Shown in pieces: positions 50,513 through 59,546 of a DNA stretch of 64,000 bases; within the stretch, counting starts at the first letter, position 1, and each line of letters opens with the position of its first letter. Under the pieces are notes generated by a model. That model was given only the letters and a program-made list of their open reading frames with translations. It did no database searches and was not told where the DNA came from. The DNA is from a virus. The position numbers were made by a program, and so were the translations under genes. The stretch is taken from IMG/VR virus record IMGVR_UViG_3300025466_000015, one strand, 5' to 3'.

Positions 50513-50770
50513 ATGAGTTATATTCCATTGAATGGTAAAATTATTGTTGAACGTATTGAAGCATCAAAAGAAACAGCTTCAGGTATTATTTTAAAATCTT
50601 CTGGTGAACCAGATAGAGCAAAAGTAATTACTGTTGCTGATAATTTGGATGAAGTTTCAATTAATGATGAGTTGCTTGTTAATTGGAATGGAGCCGTAAA
50701 ATTAGAAAACGATATTTACAGTATTGACATTGAACATGTTGTTGCTGTATACGATGCCTCGTTAGTTTAA
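50513..50770 (+). CDS. groES: GroES-like co-chaperonin
   Basis: PLNGKIIVER, ETASGIIL mobile loop. Confidence 0.85.
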   Translation: MSYIPLNGKIIVERIEASKETASGIILKSSGEPDRAKVITVADNLDEVSINDELLVNWNGAVKLENDIYSIDIEHVVAVYDASLV

Positions 50771-50829
50771 TGGTAGAACACCGCCCTTACAAGACGGTTA
50801 CGGCAGTTCGATTCTGTCACGAGGTACCA
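50756..50829 (+). tRNA. trnV: tRNA-Val(TAC)
   Basis: Loop CTTACAA, ACCA; overlaps groES 3' end. Confidence 0.88.
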
Positions 50830-50830
50830 T

Positions 50831-50906
50831 GCAACCTTAGCTGATGTGGTCATAGCGGCGGTTTGAAGAGCCGTGGAAGTTGGTTCGATTCCAACAGGTT
50901 GCACCA
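50831..50906 (+). tRNA. trnF: tRNA-Phe(GAA)
   Basis: Loop TTGAAGA, ACCA. Confidence 0.9.
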
Positions 50907-50964
50907 AATAATGTAATACTTGTTTTATATAAATATATCATGTATACCATTTTTAAGGATAGAA

Positions 50965-51426
50965 ATGAGACAAGATATAATAGATAGAAAACAAGATATA
51001 CTCATTTGGATTAACGAAAATCAATCTAAATCTTTTATTTGCAAACAACTTGGATGTAAACCAGAAACACTTGAAAGTTATCTAAAAAAGTTTGGTGTTG
51101 TTTATAAAGGCAACATGGGACTAAAGGGTAAAAAAACAGACAGTAAATATGTTCCAGCTTTGGATTATATCAAAGGTTCTTTTGTTTCCGCACACAAACT
51201 AAAATTAAAATTAATCCGTGATGGTATAAAAGAGCATAGATGTGAATTGTGTAGCACAATTGAATGGATGTCTCAAAAAGTTCCTTTAGAGCTTGACCAC
51301 ATAGACGGAAATCATTATAATAATGAATTGTCTAACCTGAGAATTATTTGTCCAAATTGTCATGCACAACAGGATACTAATTCAGGTAAGAATGTAAAAC
51401 ATCGTAAAAAAATATTGCCCCTTTGA
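50965..51426 (+). mobile_element. HNH endonuclease inside the tRNA array
   Basis: CELC, LELDHIDGNHYNNELSNLRIICPNCH; TATAAATA at 50928. Confidence 0.85.
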
Positions 51427-51501
51427 TGTAACTGGTAGCCATGCGGTCCTTAGAAGTCCGTGCCGAAAGGTGTGAGGGTTCGAATCCCTTGGGGGGCACC
51501 A
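51417..51501 (+). tRNA. trnL: tRNA-Leu(TAG)
   Basis: Loop CTTAGAA, long variable arm, ACCA. Confidence 0.9.
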
Positions 51502-51505
51502 ATAT

Positions 51506-51582
51506 GTGGTTGTGATGGAATTGGTATACATATCAGACTTAAAATCTGAGTTTTGTGGGTTCGAGTCCCACCTTCCACACCA
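51506..51582 (+). tRNA. trnL: tRNA-Leu(TAA), short variable region
   Basis: Loop CTTAAAA; two T-T mismatches in acceptor stem. Confidence 0.82.
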
Positions 51583-51586
51583 TGAG

Positions 51587-51664
51587 GCCCCTGTGGACAA
51601 ATTGGCAAAGTCGTTTCTCTCAAAAGGAAAAATTCTCTCGGTTCGACTCCGAGCGGGGGTACCA
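51587..51664 (+). tRNA. trnL: tRNA-Leu(CAA), short variable region
   Basis: Loop CTCAAAA, ACCA. Confidence 0.85.
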
Positions 51665-51736
51665 GTAATAATGTAATAAAAGTAATAAGAGTAATATCCT
51701 GTGTAGGATGTTAAGTGCTGATGTATAATAACATCT

Positions 51737-52018
51737 ATGAAAAACACTATATTACTCCTATCATTTTTAGCAACTGCCTGTGGCGGAGGTGAACCAAATA
51801 CTTCCGTAACCAAACCATGTGTCAGTAACATTGTAGCAACTATGTCTGAGATGACCTCGCCATTTTTTGAAGGTATGGGTACGCCTGATAGCATTACCAC
51901 ATTTCCTATAATAAATGGTCAACATAGTATTGAATATGATTTTAAATCACTACATAAGAGACTAACATTTATTTGGACAGACCAAGGTGTTTGCCAAGAA
52001 ATAGAAACAACAATTTGA
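51737..52018 (+). CDS. Putative lipoprotein
   Basis: MKNTILLLSFLATAC lipobox signal. Confidence 0.65.
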   Translation: MKNTILLLSFLATACGGGEPNTSVTKPCVSNIVATMSEMTSPFFEGMGTPDSITTFPIINGQHSIEYDFKSLHKRLTFIWTDQGVCQEIETTI

Positions 52019-52093
52019 CTGCCGTTAGTATAATGGATAATACAGCTGCCTTCTAAGCAGTCAATAGAGGTTCGATTCCTCTACGGCGGACCA
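52019..52093 (+). tRNA. trnR: tRNA-Arg(TCT)
   Basis: Loop CTTCTAA, ACCA. Confidence 0.93.
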
Positions 52094-52121
52094 ATAAATA
52101 GTAATAGTTAAGGAGAAACTA

Positions 52122-52454
52122 ATGTCATATATTATTCAACTCGTAAAAAATAAACCGGAAGACAAACAATTTTTTAGATATGGTTATAAAGATTCCGATG
52201 CGAATACTATTGTGAAAAATATTAATAGTTGGATCAATAGTCAACCTGGTCTTATTAGTCGTAACACGCCGCCTCCTGCAGATTTTGATATTGCAAATTC
52301 TAATATAATAATTGAAAGTTTTGAATTTAAATCAAATGTTTTTGCTGAAATATTTCAAGCACAAACCGCTTCAAATCCGGATTGGCAATTACGATTAAGT
52401 TACGAAGCAAACAATTCAATTACATCAACTTGGCAAGTGGTTGAAAATACATAA
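52122..52454 (+). CDS. Hypothetical protein
   Basis: SD AAGGAG, ATAAATA upstream. Confidence 0.6.
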   Translation: MSYIIQLVKNKPEDKQFFRYGYKDSDANTIVKNINSWINSQPGLISRNTPPPADFDIANSNIIIESFEFKSNVFAEIFQAQTASNPDWQLRLSYEANNSITSTWQVVENT

Positions 52455-52456
52455 TT

Positions 52457-52531
52457 GCTCCGATAGCTTAATGGTAAAGCAACCGACTCATAATCGGTTG
52501 AGTCTGTGTTCAATTCACAGTCGGAGCACCA
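52457..52531 (+). tRNA. trnI: tRNA(CAT), probably Ile2 (lysidine)
   Basis: CCGA-CTCATAA-TCGG anticodon arm resembles Ile2. Confidence 0.75.
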
Positions 52532-52549
52532 AGTTTACCACAAGGACGC

Positions 52550-52578
52550 TTGACAAGAGCGCCTATATAAGATACAAT
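52550..52578 (+). promoter_or_regulatory. Sigma70 promoter for the Gly tRNA sub-cluster
   Basis: TTGACA-17 bp-TACAAT, 12 bp before tRNA-Gly(GCC). Confidence 0.75.
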
Positions 52579-52590
52579 CTAATTTTAGTT

Positions 52591-52665
52591 GCGGGTATGG
52601 TGCTAGTGGTAACACAAGACCTTGCCAAGGTTTAGTTGAGAGTTCGATTCTCTCTACCCGCTCCA
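52591..52665 (+). tRNA. trnG: tRNA-Gly(GCC)
   Basis: Loop TTGCCAA, GCGGG/CCCGC-TCCA. Confidence 0.93.
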
Positions 52666-52672
52666 GTTTATT

Positions 52673-52746
52673 GCGGATTTAGTTTAATGGTAGAACGGGA
52701 GATTTCCAATCTTTCGGCAACAGTTCGATTCTGTTAATCCGCTCCA
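52673..52746 (+). tRNA. trnG: tRNA-Gly(TCC)
   Basis: Loop TTTCCAA, TCCA. Confidence 0.93.
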
Positions 52747-52751
52747 GTTAT

Positions 52752-52816
52752 GCGGGGGTTTCAAACAACATTGGGGTCCACCTGATGTCCTAGTGAGAAT
52801 CTAGGCACCCGCTCCA
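52752..52816 (+). ncRNA. D-armless tRNA-Gly-like RNA (65 nt)
   Basis: GCGGG/CCCGC-T-CCA acceptor, T arm CCTAG-TGAGAAT-CTAGG, 7-bp arm with loop GGTCCAC, no D arm. Confidence 0.65.
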
Positions 52817-52835
52817 ATTTATTATGGAGTTCATA

Positions 52836-53027
52836 ATGTCTGATGGTGGCAAAGGAAGTAATCCAAGACCTTTTAGTGTAGACCAAGACACTTATGGTAA
52901 AAACTTTGACGCCATCTTCCGTAAACCTACACCAAAAGAATTAGATGATGAGGCAGCTGAAAAAGAAGCTTTTGATAAATTATCGCAGGGTGGTGAAACA
53001 GTATCACGAAGGACTCATAATCCTTAG
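52836..53027 (+). CDS. Small hypothetical protein (MSDGGKGSNPRP...)
   Basis: SD GGAG; 3' end runs into tRNA-fMet. Confidence 0.55.
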   Translation: MSDGGKGSNPRPFSVDQDTYGKNFDAIFRKPTPKELDDEAAEKEAFDKLSQGGETVSRRTHNP

Positions 53028-53057
53028 TTCTTGGTGCGACTCCAGGCTCTGCAACCA
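52984..53057 (+). tRNA. trnM: tRNA-fMet(CAT), initiator-like
   Basis: C1:A72 mismatch, loop CTCATAA, ACCA. Confidence 0.8.
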
Positions 53058-53100
53058 GTTCATATAAATATCCAGTTATCGTTTAACTTGGATATAGAAA

Positions 53101-54537
53101 ATGCCTGTAAAAAGTTTTGTAGAATTTGAAAAAGAAAAATACCAAAAGCACATTGACTTTTATGGTAAAATTCTAATTATCGGTTATGGCTCTGTTGGAC
53201 AAGCCATTTTACCAGTTATTTTAAGACACATTGCTGTTGATCCAAAAAACATCACGGTACTAGAACGTGATAATCATAGACACATTTTTATTCACCGCCA
53301 CGGTGGTTCTGGCTGTCACTATGTCAGAAAAGAGATTCTTCCAAGTAATTACAAAAAAGTATTATCAACCTATGTTGGTGAAGGTGATTTAATTATCAAT
53401 TGCTCACTTAATATTGATGCACAAGCATTACTAGAGTGGTGTATGGAAAATGATGTGATGGAAATTGATACATCATTAGAAAGATGGGAACATCATCCAG
53501 ACGAAACAATTCCAAAGTTGTCTGAACGAACATTGTACCATACACATAAAGTTGTTCGTGAAGCTATGATGCAACATGTTGATGGTCCTACATGCTGTGT
53601 GACTCATGGTGCAAATCCAGGTTATGTTACTCATTTGACCAAAAGAGCACTTCTTAATCTAGCCAAGAAACGTGGCAAAAAAGTTGAGATGCCAACAGAC
53701 CGTGAAGAATGGGCTCAGTTGATGAAATCACTAGATGTTAAAGTGATTCATATTGCTGAAAGAGACCAACAAGTTATTAATCAACCAAAAACAAAAGGTG
53801 AATTTACCAACACATGGTCTTGCGAAGGTTTTTGGGCTGAAGGTAGAGCGCCTGCCGAGATGGGCTGGGGCACACATGAAGACAGACATCCAGAAGGCGG
53901 TAAGTCACAAGGTAATGCAGCTTTCTTAATGCAACCTGGCGCTTCTGTATTGATGAAGTCTTGGGTACCAGATGGTGGACAATACAATGGTTACTGTATT
54001 CAACATTCAGAGTCAGTAACAATATCAGAATACTTCACAACAAAACGTGGTGACTTTAGACCATCCGTTTATTACGTTTATCAACCATGTGATTCGGCTA
54101 TTGCTTCGCTACATGAGATGCGTGGTAACGAATTAGATATTCAAAAAGAACAACGTATTCTCAAAGATGAAATCGTTGACGGCATGGATGAATTGGGTGT
54201 ATTATTGATTGGTGACGGCTTCTGCTTCTGGCACGGTTCACAATTAGATATTCACGGGGCTAGAGAATTAGTGGAAGGTGAAAATGCAACATCAATGCAA
54301 GTTGCAGGTTCTATGTTGGGTGCCATCGTTTGGATGATTAAAAATCCGAGAAATGGTTACACAGAACCAGAAGAATTGCCGTTTGAAGAAATCTTGGCCA
54401 TCGGTGACCAATATTGGGAACCATTGGTATCTGTAATGTCTAACTGGACACCAAGCAAGGACACTAACAGTCTATTCTATAAAGAATTTGATGAAAGTAA
54501 TCCTTGTAAATACGAAAACTTTAGAGTCTGGACTTAA
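53101..54537 (+). CDS. hss: Homospermidine synthase
   Basis: IIGYGSVG NAD motif, HGANPG, HIAERD, NTWSCEGF, GMDELGVL, NATSMQV. Confidence 0.9.
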   Translation: MPVKSFVEFEKEKYQKHIDFYGKILIIGYGSVGQAILPVILRHIAVDPKNITVLERDNHRHIFIHRHGGSGCHYVRKEILPSNYKKVLSTYVGEGDLIINCSLNIDAQALLEWCMENDVMEIDTSLERWEHHPDETIPKLSERTLYHTHKVVREAMMQHVDGPTCCVTHGANPGYVTHLTKRALLNLAKKRGKKVEMPTDREEWAQLMKSLDVKVIHIAERDQQVINQPKTKGEFTNTWSCEGFWAEGRAPAEMGWGTHEDRHPEGGKSQGNAAFLMQPGASVLMKSWVPDGGQYNGYCIQHSESVTISEYFTTKRGDFRPSVYYVYQPCDSAIASLHEMRGNELDIQKEQRILKDEIVDGMDELGVLLIGDGFCFWHGSQLDIHGARELVEGENATSMQVAGSMLGAIVWMIKNPRNGYTEPEELPFEEILAIGDQYWEPLVSVMSNWTPSKDTNSLFYKEFDESNPCKYENFRVWT

Positions 54538-54827
54538 TTAGGCACAGCCACAACTCTCTTGACTCCAGTTTGTGGGTCAATCATTTCTTGCCAATGATAA
54601 CCAAACGGTGGTGCTTGCACTACTGGTTGTTGAACAATAACTGAAGGTTGTTCCACATAAACTGGTGGACGAGCTAATTCATAACCAACAACACCACCAA
54701 TCAAAGCTGGTGCAACCCAACCCATTCCGTTTCCACGATAACAACAATATCCACCATGATGATGCCATTGTGCATCAGCAGTTCCTAAAATTGTTAAAAG
54801 TGATAAAGCTAGTAGTGATTTTTTCAT
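54534..54827 (-). CDS. Secreted Pro/Gly-rich small protein
   Basis: Signal peptide MKKSLLALSLL..ADA; GWVAPALIGGVVGY. Confidence 0.65.
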   Translation of the reverse strand: MKKSLLALSLLTILGTADAQWHHHGGYCCYRGNGMGWVAPALIGGVVGYELARPPVYVEQPSVIVQQPVVQAPPFGYHWQEMIDPQTGVKRVVAVPN

Positions 54828-55585
54828 TATAGTCTCCTTCTGTGTATATCGTAAAGATAAGTAACCTCATAAATTCTTGTATGAGTGTTTCTGCTTCCTA
54901 ATACGATAATGATAGAATTATTTAGTTTAGTCACAATACATCCACCAGAAGCAGAGATCCATCCTGTCTTACTTATAGTAAAATCTTTTTTACCAACGAG
55001 TGGATTTGTATTATGATATACAAGTTTTCTTTTCTTTACGATAACTTCAACGGATGTTTTTTTATCTGCTTCTACTATAAATGAATAATTAGCTGCAGCC
55101 TTAACTAGATTAACCAATTGTTTGGCTGAACTGGTATTTCTCTTATCAAGACCTGTTGGTTCATATACGATAGAATCAACCATATTCAAACTTTGTAATT
55201 TTAAATTCATCACATATACACAGACACCAAAACCACCAGGGTATTGTTCGCATAGAGTTTGTGCAGCTCTGTTATTACTATTGACTAAAGCCAATTCTAA
55301 TAAAATTCTTCTTGGCAATTGTGAAGGTAAGGCATCTCGAATTTTAGTACTGAGAGGTACTAATTCATCCATATCTTGTTTGGCATCCAACACAACCATT
55401 GCCACAATCAATTTGCTGATACTGGCTATTGGTTGTATTCTATCTTCATTAGACGCATCAAGAACGGTATTGGTATCTTCGTTTGTGATTAACCAAGACT
55501 TTGCGGTAATTGGTTGCGCTTGGACATTTCCGAGATTAAAAAGTAGGGAGAATAAACATAATATAGAAAAAACAATGCGTAGCAA
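54827..55585 (-). CDS. Serine D-Ala-D-Ala peptidase, family S11 (PbpG/PBP7-like)
   Basis: Signal peptide; SxxK (ASISK), SxN (SNN), KTG; PTGL. Confidence 0.88.
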   Translation of the reverse strand: MLRIVFSILCLFSLLFNLGNVQAQPITAKSWLITNEDTNTVLDASNEDRIQPIASISKLIVAMVVLDAKQDMDELVPLSTKIRDALPSQLPRRILLELALVNSNNRAAQTLCEQYPGGFGVCVYVMNLKLQSLNMVDSIVYEPTGLDKRNTSSAKQLVNLVKAAANYSFIVEADKKTSVEVIVKKRKLVYHNTNPLVGKKDFTISKTGWISASGGCIVTKLNNSIIIVLGSRNTHTRIYEVTYLYDIHRRRL

Positions 55586-55616
55586 TTTAAATACTCCTCA
55601 ATGATAGTAGTCATAT

Positions 55617-55784
55617 TTATTTGCTCAATTTAAGATACAATAATACTATAGCCATAGCAAACACATATAAGCAAAGGAAAAAACCAAGTATAATTTTTAC
55701 TGATAAAGTCAGAAAAAAATCAGAAAAAGACATAGTTTCTTGTTCATCAATTTCATCATCTTGATTGTTGTTGTAATTCGGCAT
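55617..55784 (-). CDS. 55-aa single-pass membrane protein
   Basis: Translated by hand: MPNYNNNQDDEIDEQETMSFSDFFLTLSVKIILGFFLCLYVFAMAIVLLYLKLSK; fills the gap in the operon. Confidence 0.45.
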   Translation of the reverse strand: MPNYNNNQDDEIDEQETMSFSDFFLTLSVKIILGFFLCLYVFAMAIVLLYLKLSK

Positions 55785-56577
55785 CTTCTTTTTGTAATTG
55801 TTCTTCGTATTGTTGCAATTCTAATAAATGCAATCTTCTACGTTCTGCTTGATGTTGTTTAATAACTTCTGGTTCTAATTCTGGCCATCTCTGTTTTCTA
55901 TCGTATGAGATATAAGCCATTAATAAAGTCATAGTTAATCCTAAAACAATAACAAAGCCACCATAACTTAATTCTGTCATGTACAATTTAAATTTTTCTC
56001 TTTTTCTGGCTGCAGCTCTTTCTTCATCACGGAGTTTTTTCTTGAGTAAGAATTTTTGTTCTACACCCATACTTTTCATCATCTCACTAACATCAGTCCA
56101 TAAAGCACCTAATTCTGGTGGTGCGTTGTAAATCATCATCTCACGGAGTTCAACTTGCATCTGTTCAAGTTGTTTTTTCATTAGAACAAGTTGTAGAGCA
56201 CGTTTACCTAGACTTGAATCTCCTGTGTATAATTCTTCACGGTTCTTTCTTTCTTCTTCTTCAATCACGGCCATACATTTTGTCATGGCATCAAAGAAGT
56301 CGCCAAGGTAATTACCAAGTTCAGTATAAATGCCAGTAGTTTCACCACCACGTTTATTCAATTCAATGACACGATTCTTCTCTTGTATGAATTGATTTTT
56401 CACCTCAACGGAAACTGGAGTTCCGGGTGGATGTGCTTTGTGGAACTGGTCGTCAAGATCCTTGAGGACGGATTTAACCTCCCCAGCAGCACCCTTGATG
56501 TCTTTATATAATTGGCAACCTTTTTTAACGGCCGCAACTGCTCCGTTTGCTAGAGCAAACAGCGTAATCGGATCCAT
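55756..56577 (-). CDS. Coiled-coil membrane protein
   Basis: MDPITLFALANGAVAAVK N-terminus, helical body, one TM segment near C-terminus. Confidence 0.65.
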   Translation of the reverse strand: MDPITLFALANGAVAAVKKGCQLYKDIKGAAGEVKSVLKDLDDQFHKAHPPGTPVSVEVKNQFIQEKNRVIELNKRGGETTGIYTELGNYLGDFFDAMTKCMAVIEEEERKNREELYTGDSSLGKRALQLVLMKKQLEQMQVELREMMIYNAPPELGALWTDVSEMMKSMGVEQKFLLKKKLRDEERAAARKREKFKLYMTELSYGGFVIVLGLTMTLLMAYISYDRKQRWPELEPEVIKQHQAERRRLHLLELQQYEEQLQKEDAELQQQSR

Positions 56578-56685
56578 TTATCCCTTTGCTTGATTAATGT
56601 TTTAATGGCAAAGATGACAAGGACAGCTTGTGGTCCGATACGAATTCATATATAATGTTATATTATTATTTATGTGGAGAACATT

Positions 56686-56997
56686 ATGAAAGTACTAGCG
56701 TTACGCCTCGTTACAGGCGAAGACCTTCTTGGAGAGTTAGAAAGTGAATCGGAAACAGAATTTGTGATTGAAAATCCAGTTGGAATCACAGTTGTTCGTG
56801 GTAAAGATGGTATGCCTAATGTGGGATTCTCACCATTTCCATTACATTCTGAACAAAAGACCGGCACAACTGTTGCCTTAGCTAAGCGTCATGTAGTATA
56901 CTCCTACACTCCAGCCGAAGACTTTGTTACAAACTATAATCAAATCTTTGGTTCTGGCATCGTTCTACCACCAACACCACAAATTATTACAGGTTAA
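56686..56997 (+). CDS. Hypothetical protein, Sm-like fold candidate
   Basis: LRLVTGEDLLG...IENP, YNQIFGSGIV; directly before gp43. Confidence 0.6.
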   Translation: MKVLALRLVTGEDLLGELESESETEFVIENPVGITVVRGKDGMPNVGFSPFPLHSEQKTGTTVALAKRHVVYSYTPAEDFVTNYNQIFGSGIVLPPTPQIITG

Positions 56998-59537
56998 TGA
57001 CAACATTTTATACCAATGTGCAATCAGTTGGTAATCAAATCCTTTACCGTGGTGTCAGAAATGGCCAACGGATTAAAGAAAGGGTTGATTACGAACCATC
57101 GCTTTATATTCCTTCAAATAGAAATGCCAATTTCAAATCTCTAGAGGGTATTACTCTTACACAAAAGAGATTTGATGGTATGTCTATGGCAAGAGAATAT
57201 ATTAAAAATTTCAAAGATGTGGCCGGTGCACCAAAGGTCTACGGTCAAACTCGATTCGAATATGCTTACATTGCTGACGAACATCCAAACATGGTTGATT
57301 GGGAACAAGAACACGTTTCTATCGGCATCATTGATATTGAGGTTGGTTCTGAAAATGGTTTCCCTGATCCATACAAAGCTGACGAACCAATTACAGCCAT
57401 CTGTTTAACATTCTTAAATGGCAAGACTTGGGTATTCGCCTGTGGTGACTATGAAACACAAGGTGATGAGTTGTATGTAAAATGCAAAGATGAGTGGACT
57501 CTTTGTAGTAAATTCATGAAACTCTGGCAAGACCAATGTCCTGATGTTATCACTGGTTGGAATACAAAGTATTTTGATATACCTTATCTTGTTAATCGTT
57601 TCACAAAAATTCTAGGTGAGAAAGAAGCAAAGAGACTATCGCCTTGGAATATGATTTTTGATAAGAAAGAATTCAACAACAATCGTGAGATGACATCGTA
57701 TGATTTGATTGGTATCGGTTCTCTAGATTATATCGAACTCTACAAATGGTATGCTCCTGGCGGTAAGTCACAAGAGTCTTATCGTTTGGATAATATTGCT
57801 CAAGTAGAACTCGGTGAAGGTAAAATTTCATATGATGAGTTTGATAACCTACACGCCTTGTATCGTTTGAATCATCAAAAGTTTATTGAGTATAACATCA
57901 AAGACGTTGCGTTGATTATCAAACTAGAAGACAAGTTGAAGTTGATTGAATTGGCCTTGACCTTGGCTTATGACACCAAGTCCAATTACAATGATGTGTT
58001 TGCTCAAACTAGAATGTGGGATGCTTTGACATATTCATATTTGCTTGGTAAAGGCATTATTGTTCCTCCAAAATCTAATCATGAAAAGACCTCGGCTTTT
58101 GAAGGTGCCTATGTGAAAGATCCACAAGTTGGTCTACACCATTATGTTGCCAGCTTTGACTTAAATTCACTTTACCCTCACCTTATGGTCCAATACAATA
58201 TTAGTCCTGAAACTTTAATTCAGCCTGAAGATTACACAGATGAAATGAGAGAAGTTCTTTCGCAAGGCGTAACAGTTGATAAATTGTTGCTTAAGAAAAT
58301 TAATACAACAAATATGAGTGGTTGTACATTAACTCCAAATGGTCAGTTCTTTCGTACTGATAAACAAGGTTTCTTACCTGCCATGATGGAAGAAATGTAT
58401 GAAGATAGAAAGAAATTCAAAAAGTTGTATCTCCAAGCCAAACAGGAGTATGAAAATGAACGAGATGAATCCAAGAAGTATGAAATCGAAAAACGAATTG
58501 CGAGATATAACAACCTACAATTGGCTAAGAAAGTTTCTCTTAATTCTGCTTACGGTGCTCTTGGCTCTCAATATTTTCGTTTTTATGACCTTAGGATGGC
58601 TTTGGGTGTCACGACAGCTGGTCAACTTAGTATTAGGTGGATAGAAAATAAAATCAATGAGTATATGAATAAGTTGTTGGAGACTAAAGATGTTGACTAC
58701 GTTATTGCGAGTGATACTGACTCTATCTATCTCCGTCTTGGCGGTGTGGTTGATAAATTTATCACTAATAAATCTACGGATACAAACAAAATCATACGTT
58801 TCATGGATAGGATTTGTGAGGATAAAATTCAACCTTTTATTGATAAGAGCTATGGAGAACTTGCAGAATACGTTAGAGCGTATGCACAAAAGATGCAAAT
58901 GAAACGTGAGGGTCTGGCCAATAAAGGTCTATGGACTGCCAAGAAGCGTTATATTCTAAACATATACAACAACGAAGGTGTACAGTATAACGAACCACAG
59001 ATGAAGGTGATGGGTCTGGAGATGATTAAATCGTCTACACCATCTGCCATCCGTGATAAGATGAAAGAGTCTATTAAGATTATGATGAATGGTTCTGAAC
59101 AAGACATTCAATCATTCATTGCTCAGTTCAGAAAAGATTTCAATAATCTTCCACCAGAAGAAATATCTTTTCCTCGTGGGTTGAATGGACTTACCACATA
59201 CTCTGATGCAATGACACTATATAAAAAAGGAACACCAATTCATGTGAAAGGTGCTATTCTATACAACCACAACCTGAAACAATTGGGACTTACTAAAAAG
59301 TATCCGTTGATTCAAGAAGGTGAGAAAATCAAATTCACCTATTTGAAGTTACCAAATCCTTTTAAAGATACGGTAATTTCCTATCCATCAAGATTACCGA
59401 CAGAGTTTGGGCTTGACAAGTATGTTGATTATGATTTACAATTCAACAAAGCATTTCTTGAACCGATTAAAGTCATTTTGGATTGTATGAAGTGGTCTGT
59501 TGAGAAAACAAATAGCCTTGAAGATTTTTTTAATTGA
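56997..59537 (+). CDS. gp43: Family B DNA polymerase gp43
   Basis: DIEV exo I, SFDLNSLYP, KVSLNSAYG, SDTDS, KKRY. Confidence 0.98.
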   Translation: MTTFYTNVQSVGNQILYRGVRNGQRIKERVDYEPSLYIPSNRNANFKSLEGITLTQKRFDGMSMAREYIKNFKDVAGAPKVYGQTRFEYAYIADEHPNMVDWEQEHVSIGIIDIEVGSENGFPDPYKADEPITAICLTFLNGKTWVFACGDYETQGDELYVKCKDEWTLCSKFMKLWQDQCPDVITGWNTKYFDIPYLVNRFTKILGEKEAKRLSPWNMIFDKKEFNNNREMTSYDLIGIGSLDYIELYKWYAPGGKSQESYRLDNIAQVELGEGKISYDEFDNLHALYRLNHQKFIEYNIKDVALIIKLEDKLKLIELALTLAYDTKSNYNDVFAQTRMWDALTYSYLLGKGIIVPPKSNHEKTSAFEGAYVKDPQVGLHHYVASFDLNSLYPHLMVQYNISPETLIQPEDYTDEMREVLSQGVTVDKLLLKKINTTNMSGCTLTPNGQFFRTDKQGFLPAMMEEMYEDRKKFKKLYLQAKQEYENERDESKKYEIEKRIARYNNLQLAKKVSLNSAYGALGSQYFRFYDLRMALGVTTAGQLSIRWIENKINEYMNKLLETKDVDYVIASDTDSIYLRLGGVVDKFITNKSTDTNKIIRFMDRICEDKIQPFIDKSYGELAEYVRAYAQKMQMKREGLANKGLWTAKKRYILNIYNNEGVQYNEPQMKVMGLEMIKSSTPSAIRDKMKESIKIMMNGSEQDIQSFIAQFRKDFNNLPPEEISFPRGLNGLTTYSDAMTLYKKGTPIHVKGAILYNHNLKQLGLTKKYPLIQEGEKIKFTYLKLPNPFKDTVISYPSRLPTEFGLDKYVDYDLQFNKAFLEPIKVILDCMKWSVEKTNSLEDFFN

Positions 59538-59546
59538 AGGAACACA

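Noticed and set aside
46264-52635. Track ORFs overlapping tRNAs (e.g. 46264-46500, 47995-48216, 48110-48364, 48669-48951, 51382-51900, 52441-52635)
   Set aside because: They are translations of tRNA or structured-RNA sequence.
55122-55604. 160-aa plus-strand ORF
   Set aside because: Antisense shadow of the S11 peptidase, which has full catalytic motifs.
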